Below are positions 8,761 to 18,189 of a stretch of 30,871 nucleotides of DNA, piece by piece; position 1 is the stretch's first letter, and each line of letters starts with the position of its first letter. The translations under genes and the position numbers were made by a program. The notes below the pieces were generated by a model. That model worked only from the letters and a program-made list of their open reading frames with translations. It was not told the origin of the DNA and searched no databases. Source of the stretch: an uncultured Eubacteriales bacterium (lineage in GTDB: Bacteria > Acidobacteriota > Aminicenantia > Aminicenantales > UBA4085); the NCBI GenBank assembly GCA_964430165.1, contig CAYSGA010000001.1:1-30871 (forward strand), given 5' to 3'.

Positions 8761-9924
8761 TCACAAGCCGGGAAGAAAGCGAAGCGTAATCAGAACGATT
8801 TCGGGGACCGTCCCGATCCGGACGGGCGGGCCCCACGTGCCGACGCCGCTGGTCACGTCGATGAACGTCCGGCCTTTTTGAAGCAGGCCCCGGTTGTGTT
8901 CATAGACGAACCAGTTGATCTGAGTGATCGGAAACATCTGGCCGTTGTGGGTGTGGCCGCAAAGCAGGAGATCGATCCCGGCCTCGACGGCTTCGTTTAA
9001 TTTGACCGGCTGATGATCCAAAGCGATCCGCGGTATATCCGGGTCCAGGCCAGCGACGAGGGCGCTCCAAGATTTCCGCGAGTCCCCCATCCGCCGGCCG
9101 GTCGGGTCCTTCCGGCCGATGATGGTGAACGACCCGGCCACGAGTTCCGCCTCGTCGAGAAGAACGTGGACATTCCCGTTGCGGAGCGTTTCGAGGTTCT
9201 TATCGAGGGCTCCGTAATATTCGTGGTTTCCGGTGCAGGCATAGACGCCGAATTTAGGTTTGAGGTCCCGAAAGGCGGCGGCGATCTTTTCCCGGTCGGC
9301 CGCCGGAGTGTCCTCCCCGACGATGTCCCCGGGAAGGAGGACCAGGTCGGGATCGAGCGCCTTTATTTTGGCCAGCGTCCGATTCAGAAACCGCCCCCGC
9401 AGGACAGGACTGAGATGAAGGTCCGCGGCGACGGCGATTTTGATTTCCCGAACTCCCCCGGCCGCTTTGGCGACGTCGATTGTCTCCGTCCTGAGTCGGG
9501 GCCGGGCGGCGTTCCAAGCACCCAGCAGGCAGACAACGACAGCGGCGGCAAGGATGTATCGGAAAGCGATTCCCCCGCCCGAGGCGGCGTCCGCGCGCAT
9601 TCGCGGAGGAAAAAACAAAACGCGCCGGTCGACGAAGCGGAGGAGGTCGTAGCCCAGAGTGAGCCACAGGGTGACGTTCCAGACCGCCAGGTAGAGATAA
9701 CTGAAAGCGATCACCGCTCCGCTTGCTTCGCCGACGTGATGCCCGAAAAGGAACCGGCCGACGACGAAGAGAACGGCCCAGGCGACAGAAAAAATAAGGA
9801 CGATAAGCCGAACTGCCCCGGCCGGGGGCAGGGCCCGGGCCAGGCGCTTGAGCAAGTAGAAATTGGATAGACCGTAAAGCGAAAGGACGATGACAAGAAA
9901 AATAATGAATCCGGAATTGCGCAT
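8761..9924 (-). CDS. Membrane-anchored metallophosphoesterase (calcineurin-like, YkuE type)
   Basis: Four N-terminal hydrophobic segments, then DLH, GD, GNHE, HQP and GHTHNGQ motifs, and TSGVGTWGPPVRIG. Confidence 0.92.
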   Translation of the reverse strand: MRNSGFIIFLVIVLSLYGLSNFYLLKRLARALPPAGAVRLIVLIFSVAWAVLFVVGRFLFGHHVGEASGAVIAFSYLYLAVWNVTLWLTLGYDLLRFVDRRVLFFPPRMRADAASGGGIAFRYILAAAVVVCLLGAWNAARPRLRTETIDVAKAAGGVREIKIAVAADLHLSPVLRGRFLNRTLAKIKALDPDLVLLPGDIVGEDTPAADREKIAAAFRDLKPKFGVYACTGNHEYYGALDKNLETLRNGNVHVLLDEAELVAGSFTIIGRKDPTGRRMGDSRKSWSALVAGLDPDIPRIALDHQPVKLNEAVEAGIDLLLCGHTHNGQMFPITQINWFVYEHNRGLLQKGRTFIDVTSGVGTWGPPVRIGTVPEIVLITLRFLPGL

Positions 9925-9947
9925 CGGGTCGTCCGCCGAAGGGAACT

Positions 9948-9976
9948 ATGATACCCGATCGGCCGAATCCTGCCAA
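9948..9976 (-). promoter_or_regulatory. Sigma70-type promoter for the metallophosphoesterase-led gene run
   Basis: Minus strand TTGGCA (9976-9971), 17-bp spacer, TATCAT (9953-9948), 23 nt upstream of ATG 9924. Confidence 0.55.
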
Positions 9977-10062
9977 GAGCGTCACCGAAGCCGCGCCTTC
10001 GACGGGCGGCGGCCTCGCCGGCAAGGTGATCGGTGGCCGGCTTCATGCAAAAATAAGAAACG

Positions 10063-10623
10063 TCAACCGTCGAACCGGTTCCACCAGGCAATCGACTCGA
10101 GCGGTTTACGGACGCGTTCGTTGGGCGGTCTCCGGGCGGCGTAGCCCAGGGAGATCAAGGAGAAGATTTTGTAACGGCGGGGAATCTTGAAAAACCGCCG
10201 GGCCTTGCGAACGTCGAACCAGCCGATCCAGCACGTCGCCAATCCCAGTTCCTCGGCCTGAAGGACGAGGTGTTCTCCGGCGATTCCGACATCGAGCGCG
10301 AAAAAAGGAATGCCCTGAACGGTCTGCCCGGTCCAGTGGGTGAGAAAATCGATTTTAGCCAGAATCAGGACAAGGACCGGCGCCTCGGCCGCAAACCGGG
10401 TGGTGGAGTATATTCCGGAGAAGGCCTTTTCGGCGAACCGGATTTTGAGCCCGGGCTCGTCGATGACGAGGAACCGCCAACTCTGGGCGTTTTGGGCCGA
10501 GGGCGCCAGCCGGGCCGCCTCGAGGCAGGCCTCGATTTTTTTCCGCTCGACCGGTTGGGGGAGATACTTCCGGATGCTCCGGCGGCTCTCGATCAACCGC
10601 CCCAGAGGCGTCGTTTCCGCCAT
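10063..10623 (-). CDS. Nitroreductase family protein
   Basis: RRSIRKY, ARLAPSAQNAQSW, DVGIAGEHLVLQAEELGLATCWIG, ISLGY and RKPLE motifs. Start at 10623 preferred over 10629 on spacing from the AAGGA RBS. Confidence 0.92.
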   Translation of the reverse strand: MAETTPLGRLIESRRSIRKYLPQPVERKKIEACLEAARLAPSAQNAQSWRFLVIDEPGLKIRFAEKAFSGIYSTTRFAAEAPVLVLILAKIDFLTHWTGQTVQGIPFFALDVGIAGEHLVLQAEELGLATCWIGWFDVRKARRFFKIPRRYKIFSLISLGYAARRPPNERVRKPLESIAWWNRFDG

Positions 10624-10658
10624 TGTCATCCGTCCTTTGCGGCCGAACCCGCACCGGT

Positions 10659-10687
10659 TTTATATCCCAGCCCTTGGCCGATTTCAA
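10659..10687 (-). promoter_or_regulatory. Sigma70-type promoter for the nitroreductase
   Basis: Minus strand TTGAAA (10687-10682), 17-bp spacer, TATAAA (10664-10659). Confidence 0.6.
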
Positions 10688-10793
10688 GAGTCGGGATCGG
10701 GCGCCGGCCCCGTTTACTTTTGCCCTCCTGTTGTGTTATTCATGGGGTGAACTTCGCCCTGTCGGGTTTCGTATTAAGAGGAGGAGGTATTTC

Positions 10794-11858
10794 ATGAAAA
10801 AAACCTTTGTCGGTCTGTTGACTCTCGTTCTTCTGGTCATGGCCTTCGCCGCCTGCGGGAAAAAAGCCGGAATTCCCGTCGCCGGTTCGGCCAACGCCGA
10901 GGATATGCTGACCCTGATCCCGAAAAACGTCCAATCCGTTTTCGTGATCGACGTCCACCGGGGGATGAACATCCCCTTTGTCGATAAGGCCTTGAAAACC
11001 GGCGACGATGCGGCCAAGTACCAGGAAACGATCGCCAAGCTCGGGATGGATCCGCAGAAGGACATCTACTTCGCGGCAATCGGACTGTCCCAGGCGACCA
11101 ACGCCGAAGGGAAAACCATCCCCCAGGGGGCCGGGGTCATCAATCTCAAGTATGACCGGGCCAAAATCGTCGATCAAATCAAACAAGAGAAGCCTGATTT
11201 CAAGGAAGACGCCTATGAGGGCGTGACGATCTTCACCGTACCCGGAAAGGACGAAACGCCGATGTACGGCGCGTTCCTGGACGCCTCCAACGTCGCCCTC
11301 GGAACGGAAGCCGGGGTCAAGGCCGTCATCGACGTGATGAACGGCAAGGCCGAATCGGCCTTGAAAAACGCCGAGCTGATGAAGCTGGTCAAAGCCAGCA
11401 ACAAAACGGCCCTGCTCTGGAACGTCACCACCTTCACTCCCGAACAGGTCAAACAGATGACCGATGCGACACCCATGCTCAGCAGCCTCAAGGCGCTCCA
11501 GGCCGTGACCATGTTTGTCGACGACAAAAATAAGGGTCTGCAGGTCGAGATCAAGGCGTTGTCGCCCGACGCGGCCAAGAACAAGGAAATCGCCGATATG
11601 CTGACGGGGTTCAAGGCCCTTGGGGCGATGGGATCCTCCGAGAAGCCCGAACTCGGCGAGTTTCTCAACAAAATTGAAATCAGCTCCTCTCCCGACAACG
11701 TTAAAATTTATATCGACATGCCCGAGAATCTGTTGAACAAACTCGGCCAGGAAATGGAAAAACAGGTCAAGAGCAAGCTCGAGGGAATGAAAACGAAGGA
11801 AGAACCGTCGGCGGAGGAAGTGATCGACGACATCGAAGAGGACGCGGTGATCAAATAG
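10794..11858 (+). CDS. Hypothetical lipoprotein (354 aa), possibly DUF3352-like
   Basis: Start revised to ATG 10794 after a strong GGAGGAGG RBS; signal peptide with lipobox FAAC (Cys21); acidic C-terminal tail. Family guess is weak. Confidence 0.82.
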   Translation: MKKTFVGLLTLVLLVMAFAACGKKAGIPVAGSANAEDMLTLIPKNVQSVFVIDVHRGMNIPFVDKALKTGDDAAKYQETIAKLGMDPQKDIYFAAIGLSQATNAEGKTIPQGAGVINLKYDRAKIVDQIKQEKPDFKEDAYEGVTIFTVPGKDETPMYGAFLDASNVALGTEAGVKAVIDVMNGKAESALKNAELMKLVKASNKTALLWNVTTFTPEQVKQMTDATPMLSSLKALQAVTMFVDDKNKGLQVEIKALSPDAAKNKEIADMLTGFKALGAMGSSEKPELGEFLNKIEISSSPDNVKIYIDMPENLLNKLGQEMEKQVKSKLEGMKTKEEPSAEEVIDDIEEDAVIK

Positions 11859-11940
11859 CGCCGTTCGCAGAGTTTATTCGTCGAAGAGACATTCCTTCGG
11901 GGAGTAGATTCGACCAGCCGGCCCGGCGATTCCATCCTCT

Positions 11941-13659
11941 TCAACGGGCTTCAAAGACGATCCGGCCTCCGACCATCGTCAGGACGACCTTGGTTTCCGC
12001 AATCTTGTTGGGTTCGACCTCGAATATATTCGGCGAGATCAAGATCATGTCGGCGAGCTTCCCGGCTTCGATGGAACCCTCTTCGTTCTCGCGGTGCATG
12101 GCGAAAGCTCCCCCCATGGTATAGGCATAGACCGCATCCGCAAGTTGCATCCTCTGTTGGGGAATCCAACCACCGGCGGGCCGGCCCTCAAAATCCTGGC
12201 GCGTCACCGCAACCTGCAAGCCCAGCCAGGGATTGATAGTCACCACGGGCCAGTCGCTGCCGAAGGCAAGACGTCCGCCGCCGTCGAGGACCGATTTCCA
12301 GGCCCAGGCTCTCTGCTCGCGCTCCGGACCGACGTTTTCGACCCAGGTCCCCATCCAGGTAGGATCGGGGTTGGCGTGGAGCGGCTGAAAGCTGCCGATG
12401 ACGCCGAGCCGGCCGAAGCGCGGGATGTCGGAGGCGGCGATATCCTCGACATGTTCGATCTTGTTGCGGAGGTCCGGATTCCCGCTTTCCCGGGCCCCCT
12501 GTTCATAGGCATCGAGAGCCAGCCGGATGGCCGCATCTCCGATCGCGTGGGTTGAAACCTGGGTCCCCTTGGCGTTGATTTCGACGACGGCTTTCTTGAA
12601 GGCCTCGGGATCCCAGAAGAGCTTCCCTTTGTCTTCGCTCCGGCCGGCGTAGGGCTCCAGCATGGCCCCGGTCCCGGAGTCGATGACTCCATCGAGCATC
12701 AGCTTGATACCGCCGAGGGACAGCCACTCGTCGTCATACCGCGAGCGGGCGTCTTCGTATGCCTTCCAATCCCGCTCGCTCGAGCCAGGAAATTCGACCC
12801 ACATCGACGCCGAAATGCGCACCGTCAGGGCGCCTTCGCGACGAAGTTCGTCCAGGAGGTCAAGAACCTCGAACTCTCCTCCCAGGCCGTGCACGCGCAC
12901 GACACCGAACCGCGCCGCCTCGACCAGACCCGCGCGGAGAGCCGCCAGGGTTTCTTGGCGCGTCGGCTGCGGCACGACTTTCAGGACCAGGGAGTCCGCG
13001 GTTTCCAGCAAGGCTCCGGTCGGCTCGCCGTCCGGCCCGCGCACGATGGTCCCGTTTTCGGGGTCCGGAGTGTGGCGATCGATTCCGGCGAGGGCGAGAG
13101 CCCTGCTATTGACCCAGCTCGTGTGACCGTCGGCGCAACTCATGATCGCGGGGCGGTCCGGTACGACCGCATCGAGATCCTTCTTGTGAGGCATGTTTCC
13201 CGGAAACGCCGCGTACATCCACCCGCGCCCCTGAACCCAGGCCGCTTGCGGATGTTCCCGGGCGAACTTGCGGATTCTTTCCTGGGCCTCCTCGACGGTC
13301 CGTGTCCCGGCCAAGTCGACCTTGGCCAGGTTCTCCGACCCGCTGACGAAATGGACGTGGCTGTCTTCGATCCCGGGAAGAAGGAGCCGGCCGCCGGCAT
13401 CGATCATTTTCGTGGCGGGCCCGCGAAATCGAAGGGCTTCCTTGGTCGAACCGACGAACAGAATTCGTTCACCCTTGACGGCGACCGCTTCCGCCCAAGG
13501 CAGCCGGGCGTCGACCGTATAGACCTTGGCGTGGGTGATGATCGTCTCGGCCAGCGGGCGCTCTTGGGAACAGTTCACGGGACCGATCAGGAGAACCGGG
13601 AGAAGCAGGACAAAACATTTTACTCTGTTCAGAGTCAGGCATTGCCGGAAGTGGGTCAT
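11941..13659 (-). CDS. Metal-dependent amidohydrolase, YtcJ-like (amidohydro_3)
   Basis: LLPGIEDSHVH, DGHTSWVNSRAL, IKLMLDG, QVSTHAIGD, KIEH, FGSDWPV and GSIEAGKLAD motifs; hydrophobic N-terminus suggests export. Confidence 0.92.
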   Translation of the reverse strand: MTHFRQCLTLNRVKCFVLLLPVLLIGPVNCSQERPLAETIITHAKVYTVDARLPWAEAVAVKGERILFVGSTKEALRFRGPATKMIDAGGRLLLPGIEDSHVHFVSGSENLAKVDLAGTRTVEEAQERIRKFAREHPQAAWVQGRGWMYAAFPGNMPHKKDLDAVVPDRPAIMSCADGHTSWVNSRALALAGIDRHTPDPENGTIVRGPDGEPTGALLETADSLVLKVVPQPTRQETLAALRAGLVEAARFGVVRVHGLGGEFEVLDLLDELRREGALTVRISASMWVEFPGSSERDWKAYEDARSRYDDEWLSLGGIKLMLDGVIDSGTGAMLEPYAGRSEDKGKLFWDPEAFKKAVVEINAKGTQVSTHAIGDAAIRLALDAYEQGARESGNPDLRNKIEHVEDIAASDIPRFGRLGVIGSFQPLHANPDPTWMGTWVENVGPEREQRAWAWKSVLDGGGRLAFGSDWPVVTINPWLGLQVAVTRQDFEGRPAGGWIPQQRMQLADAVYAYTMGGAFAMHRENEEGSIEAGKLADMILISPNIFEVEPNKIAETKVVLTMVGGRIVFEAR

Positions 13660-13682
13660 TTTACAATCTCCACGAGCGTCAC

Positions 13683-13688
13683 ATTATA
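13683..13688 (-). promoter_or_regulatory. Candidate -10 element for the amidohydrolase
   Basis: TATAAT on the minus strand, 23 nt upstream of ATG 13659; no consensus -35 at 17 bp. Confidence 0.4.
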
Positions 13689-13768
13689 GCCGAAAATTGG
13701 TGCGAACAGACGTTGACACGACCGGTTCGTTCCCTCCACCTTAGCGTAGATCTCCTCTTCAGCCCTAA

Positions 13769-13931
13769 TCAGTCCTTCCCTTCGATGTGGAATTTGTGCA
13801 GCATCCGGTGAGCGCCCGGTGCCGGAATAATACCCATAAGCGCGATGAAAACCAAACCGCCGATATCCCGGGATTTCCAGCAGCAAGACGGTCCCGGCCA
13901 AGGTGCCTGCCAGAACAACAGAGACCACCAT
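13769..13931 (-). pseudogene. Possible frameshifted remnant of a membrane-protein gene
   Basis: MVVSVVLAGTLAGTVLLLEIP in one frame continues after a 1-nt shift as DIGGLVFIALMGIIPAPGAHRMLHKFHIEGKD-stop. No family recognised. Confidence 0.25.
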
Positions 13932-13950
13932 TCGTCCGGCAAAGACTATA

Positions 13951-13981
13951 TTGACAATACGGGGGGGGTTGCGTCTATGAT
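13951..13981 (+). promoter_or_regulatory. Sigma70-type promoter for the sulfatase-like gene, with a G8 tract in a 19-bp spacer
   Basis: TTGACA (13951-13956), spacer ATAC-GGGGGGGG-TTGCGTC (19 bp), TATGAT (13976-13981); ATG at 13990. Confidence 0.55.
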
Positions 13982-13989
13982 AAGGTGGC

Positions 13990-15306
13990 ATGACGAAAAA
14001 ATTCATCTCTCGTTCAATTGGTGTCCTGACGGTATTCTTGGTTGTGCTGGCGATCTCCTCCTGCGCGCGACATCCCCGCCCCAATGTCGTGGTCATCGTG
14101 ATCGACACCCTCCGGGCCGACCGGCTGCCTTTCTATGGCTACCCAAAGGACACCATGCCTTTTCTAAACGGCTTAGCCCCCACAAGCACCGTCTTCGAAA
14201 AGGCCTACGCCGGATCATCCTGGACCGCCCCCGCCACCGCCTCCATCTTCACCGGCCTCTACCCCTTTCAACACGGCGTGATCATGGGGTTGCAAGCGCA
14301 GAAAAAGATCATTAAAAAAAATCCGATTATCAAGATCAACCGCATTCCGGATGATGTGCAGACATTGCCGGAGGTTTTCAAAGCCAACGGTTACCGGACG
14401 TTCGGCATCAGCGACAACGCCAATATTTCCAACCGGCAAGGATTCGAGCAGGGATTTGACAAGCTTTTAAGTTTTACCCATCGGGGCGGAAAGACCATCA
14501 ATCAGAAGCTGCTTGAACTGGAGAAGGAGATCAAGTCATCATCTCGATATTTTCTCTACATCCATTACAACGATCCCCATCGCCCCTACAAGCTGTCTTT
14601 GGGAGAGGGGGAACGGAGCGGTGAGCGCATCAAGGATTTTAAACTTCTCTATGACAAGGAACTGACGTTGGTCGATGACTGCATCAGGGAGCTGTTCAAC
14701 CGATTTGGCTGGGAGCGAAACACCCTGATAGTGATCACCGCCGATCATGGGGAAGAAATGATGGAAAAGGGTTTTTACGGTCACGGGAGATCCCTTTTCA
14801 ATACGACGATCCATGTCCCGCTTGTTTTTTACTATCCGGGCGGCAGGCGCGTGAGCGCCGGTAAGGTTCCGGATGCGGTGTCCACCTTGGACATATTGCC
14901 AACCCTAACCGGGCTGTTGGGATTCGCGACGATCCCACATCTCGCCGGACAGGACCTGGGCCCCCAGTTGAGAAATTCCGGAGCCGCCAGCGAACCCCGC
15001 CACCTCTATTCCCACCTGCATTTGAAGAGGGCGGACCGCGAAGATATCGTTCATTATGCCTCCATCTTCAAGGATTTTAAATACATGTATCAATCCAATG
15101 GCTGGGGCAACTTGTTTTTCGATTTAAAAACCGATCCCCAAGAAGCCAAAAACATCTATGCCGGCAGCCAGCCTCAAGCCAAAGAGCTGGCCGCCAGCTA
15201 TTTCAAGTTCGAGCAGGACTGCAGGCGCTTCAACCCTGACTACGTCGATATTAAGCTCGACAAAAAGAGCATCGAACAGTTGAAGTCGCTGGGCTACATT
15301 CGGTAG
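13990..15306 (+). CDS. Sulfatase-like hydrolase/transferase lipoprotein (AlkP superfamily)
   Basis: Lipobox ISSC (Cys25); PNVVVIVIDTLRAD, SSWTAPATASIFTGLYP, YIHYNDPH, ITADHGEE, GHG and VSTLDILPT motifs; C-terminal IEQLKSLGYIR. Confidence 0.9.
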   Translation: MTKKFISRSIGVLTVFLVVLAISSCARHPRPNVVVIVIDTLRADRLPFYGYPKDTMPFLNGLAPTSTVFEKAYAGSSWTAPATASIFTGLYPFQHGVIMGLQAQKKIIKKNPIIKINRIPDDVQTLPEVFKANGYRTFGISDNANISNRQGFEQGFDKLLSFTHRGGKTINQKLLELEKEIKSSSRYFLYIHYNDPHRPYKLSLGEGERSGERIKDFKLLYDKELTLVDDCIRELFNRFGWERNTLIVITADHGEEMMEKGFYGHGRSLFNTTIHVPLVFYYPGGRRVSAGKVPDAVSTLDILPTLTGLLGFATIPHLAGQDLGPQLRNSGAASEPRHLYSHLHLKRADREDIVHYASIFKDFKYMYQSNGWGNLFFDLKTDPQEAKNIYAGSQPQAKELAASYFKFEQDCRRFNPDYVDIKLDKKSIEQLKSLGYIR

Positions 15307-15579
15307 CCCTTCGGCCGCCGTCGCCCGGCCGCCACGGCCAAAAAAGAAACTCCTCAGCGATGCTTTTTCCGATGGCCGGGTGGGAATGGGAACGGATGGC
15401 GCTTCTTCGAGAGCAGAACGCAACCGGCCGGATATGCCCTTCGGTCCCGGCGACAATTCGAAGACCCGCCCGACTGCCCTTGTGCTGAAAATGGTCGAAG
15501 AATATCGTATCGGACAAAAATATTTCCGCTTCGAGGGTTTCAAGAACGGCCGGCGACGCCGTCGGGCGGCCCGCCGCCC

Positions 15580-16386
15580 TCACTCGTCGAAGAGGTATTC
15601 CTTCCGGGAGTAGACCCAACAGGCCAACCCGGCGAAAACGGCCGTGAGAACGACGAGCGTAGTCACGGCCGTCACGACCGGGGTCGGTTCCTGTCGAAAA
15701 AGAAGAAATTTCAGCACCCCGGCTCCGTCCGTCCCCTCCACCCCGGCTCTCATCCCCGGAAGAAGCGACTTCAGGTAGTGCATGATGGTGAACTTCTGGG
15801 TCATGCCGGGAAAGTATTGGACGACGTTTTCCCAGCCGAAGCAGAAAAGCAACCCGAAGAGGATCGATTTTTTCAGGAACGTCCCGGCCAGGGTGAACAG
15901 CGCCGTGTAACAAATCGTCCCGAAACCCAAAGCCGCAAGGCTTTTTCCCAGAAACGCCCAGGCTGCCCCGTAGGACATTCGGTCGGCCATGAGAATCAGG
16001 AACGAAACGACCGTGCTGGTCAGAACCAGGGCCAGCAGGAAGGAAACCGAAGCGGCGAATTTTCCGAGGATGAACGCCGTCTTGGAGACCGGCCGGGTCG
16101 CGGGGTACGTCAGGGTTTTATTTTCGACCTCGTCGGCGATGATTGAGGTTCCCAAAAACAGGGAAAGCAGAAGGACCAGGAATTGGAGACAGAAGCCCAT
16201 GACGACGTTGGAAAAAACGCTCAGACCATCCAGACCGCGGCCGGGCGAAGCGAGGCGGTTGATTTGGAGAACGATTGCCAGGACGACGGGAAGACAGCTC
16301 ACGGCGACGAAGACCTTGGTCCGCTTGGACCGACGGAGAAGTTTCGAGGTGAACCGGTAGACGGCGAGGTACGGCGCAAGCGACAT
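15580..16386 (-). CDS. ABC-2 type transporter permease
   Basis: About six hydrophobic segments; IIADEVENKTLTYPATRPVSKTAFILGKF motif; start revised to ATG 16386, immediately after the ATPase stop at 16388-16390. Confidence 0.88.
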   Translation of the reverse strand: MSLAPYLAVYRFTSKLLRRSKRTKVFVAVSCLPVVLAIVLQINRLASPGRGLDGLSVFSNVVMGFCLQFLVLLLSLFLGTSIIADEVENKTLTYPATRPVSKTAFILGKFAASVSFLLALVLTSTVVSFLILMADRMSYGAAWAFLGKSLAALGFGTICYTALFTLAGTFLKKSILFGLLFCFGWENVVQYFPGMTQKFTIMHYLKSLLPGMRAGVEGTDGAGVLKFLLFRQEPTPVVTAVTTLVVLTAVFAGLACWVYSRKEYLFDE

Positions 16387-16387
16387 C

Positions 16388-17323
16388 TTATTTCCCCACG
16401 AGATAATCAAACACGGACTGGAGGTTGTCGTCGGGCGAGGTGATTTCCTCGATGTCTACCCCTTCATCCGCGGCCAGCCGGGTCAAACGCTCAAAGAACC
16501 GGTCCCGGTTCCTCGTTTCGAAAAGCACCGTCCCCTCCGCCTCGTCGAACCGGACACTCATGACATATTCCTCCCCGACGAACTTTCCGGCCAGAAGGCG
16601 GCCGTCGCCCGTCCTGACGGCCACAATATGAGGGTGGGCGTCGATGAGGTCGCGGATGAAGTGGATATCGCCTTCGGCCAGGATCTTTCCCTGGTGGATG
16701 AGGACGATCGACTTAGTCAAAGCCTCGATCTCGGGCAGGACGTGGCTCGAAACGAGGACCGTCCGTCCCTCGGTCCGATAGTCCTTGATCAGCCTGATGA
16801 CCTTGCGTTTACTCAACGGGTCGAGGCCGCTCAGCGGTTCGTCCAGGATGAGGATCTCGGGTTCATGGGCGGTGGCCTGGGCAATTTTCAATCGCTGCCG
16901 CATTCCCCGGCTGTAGCCGCGGATCAGCCTATTCGAGGCCTCCGTCAATTCGACGAAAGCCAGGGCTCGGGCCGCCCGCTCCCGGACTTCGGAGGGAGAA
17001 TACCCGTGCAGGTCCAGCAGGCCGGCCAGGAATTCCAGGCCGGTCGTGTCCTCATAGAAAGCGTCCTGTTCCGGGCAGAAACCGAGGCGCCTGAAGATTT
17101 CCGGGTTGTTCCAGACGGGTTGGTTGTCGATCGTGACCGTCCCGATGCTCGGCCGGAGCTGGCCGGTGACCAGCTTCATGAACGTCGACTTGCCGGCTCC
17201 ATTGGGGCCGAGCAGGCCGGTAATGCCCGGCCGAATCTCGATCGAGACGTCGGACAATCCGAGCACGTTGCCGTACCACTTGCCGAGCTTGTCGGCCCGG
17301 ATGGCAATCCCTTCCGAAGTCAT
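16388..17323 (-). CDS. ABC transporter ATP-binding protein
   Basis: Walker A GPNGAGKS, signature YSRGMRQR, Walker B ILILDEP, H-loop SSH; ATGA overlap with the upstream permease stop. Confidence 0.95.
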   Translation of the reverse strand: MTSEGIAIRADKLGKWYGNVLGLSDVSIEIRPGITGLLGPNGAGKSTFMKLVTGQLRPSIGTVTIDNQPVWNNPEIFRRLGFCPEQDAFYEDTTGLEFLAGLLDLHGYSPSEVRERAARALAFVELTEASNRLIRGYSRGMRQRLKIAQATAHEPEILILDEPLSGLDPLSKRKVIRLIKDYRTEGRTVLVSSHVLPEIEALTKSIVLIHQGKILAEGDIHFIRDLIDAHPHIVAVRTGDGRLLAGKFVGEEYVMSVRFDEAEGTVLFETRNRDRFFERLTRLAADEGVDIEEITSPDDNLQSVFDYLVGK

Positions 17324-18189
17324 CGGATCACCTCCGCCCCCCGGATTTTCCGGCGAAGGACAAGGACGGCCGCGATCATCACCGCGGATAGAACCAGGAA
17401 CGAATAAATCCAGGGGACGTTGAACTGAGGGTTGGCGCCAAGGAAGGCGGCGGACAATTGCCGAAGATTCATCTGAATGGAAAAAAGGCAGAACGCGGGC
17501 TCGTGGAAAATCCCGAAGAAGATCCCGAAAAAAACGTCGGAGAGAAAATACGCGGCCAGCATCAGGATAGAGGCGTAGCGGCGGTTTCGTCCGAGCGAAG
17601 AGAGAAGAAGCGTATACAGAGAGAAAAATGAGGAGATGAACACGGACCAGCCGACAAAGGAAAGCGGCAGCCAGGGATAATCGGCTAGGAGGGCGAAGTT
17701 CCCGGCAAAGAGCAATTTCAGGAAGATGAACAGAATCCCCGGGACCAGGGTCAGGAGCAGCAGAAAAAAGGCCAGGGCGCCGAATTTTCCCCCGATGTAA
17801 TCGCGTTTGCGGAGAGGCCGGGAAAAATAAAGAGGCAGGGCGTTATGGCGGAGATCGTCGGCAATCAGCCCGGACCCGCTCCCGACCATGATCATCAGCA
17901 TCATGAAAATAAGAAAACTCGATCCGTAATATGCCTGGAAATAAGCGGGATTGATCTGGAGGAATTTATCCGCTCCCTTGAGCATTTCCCGAAAATCCTC
18001 CAGGCGTTCCGAAACATAGATACCGCCGGCGAAGACGAGGGCCGGAAAGAGCGAGCCGAAGAGGATCAATTTGAAGTATTTGCGCTTCCAGGCCAGGCGG
18101 ATCGCCTGGCCGGCAATCACCCTCCACGGCCGGCGGCCGGCTTCCAGGCTCCCCGGCCAATGCGTATATCCCCTCTCGGCGATGGCCAT
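17320..18189 (-). CDS. ABC-2 type transporter permease
   Basis: Multiple TM segments; LIADDLRHNALPLYFSRPLRKRDYIGGKF motif; start overlaps the upstream stop. Confidence 0.9.
   Translation of the reverse strand: MAIAERGYTHWPGSLEAGRRPWRVIAGQAIRLAWKRKYFKLILFGSLFPALVFAGGIYVSERLEDFREMLKGADKFLQINPAYFQAYYGSSFLIFMMLMIMVGSGSGLIADDLRHNALPLYFSRPLRKRDYIGGKFGALAFFLLLLTLVPGILFIFLKLLFAGNFALLADYPWLPLSFVGWSVFISSFFSLYTLLLSSLGRNRRYASILMLAAYFLSDVFFGIFFGIFHEPAFCLFSIQMNLRQLSAAFLGANPQFNVPWIYSFLVLSAVMIAAVLVLRRKIRGAEVIR

Noticed and set aside
15307-15613. 77-aa ORF 15380-15613 between the sulfatase-like gene and the ABC permease
   Set aside because: No clear RBS, no motif, and it overlaps the permease 3' end on the opposite strand; at most a degraded remnant.
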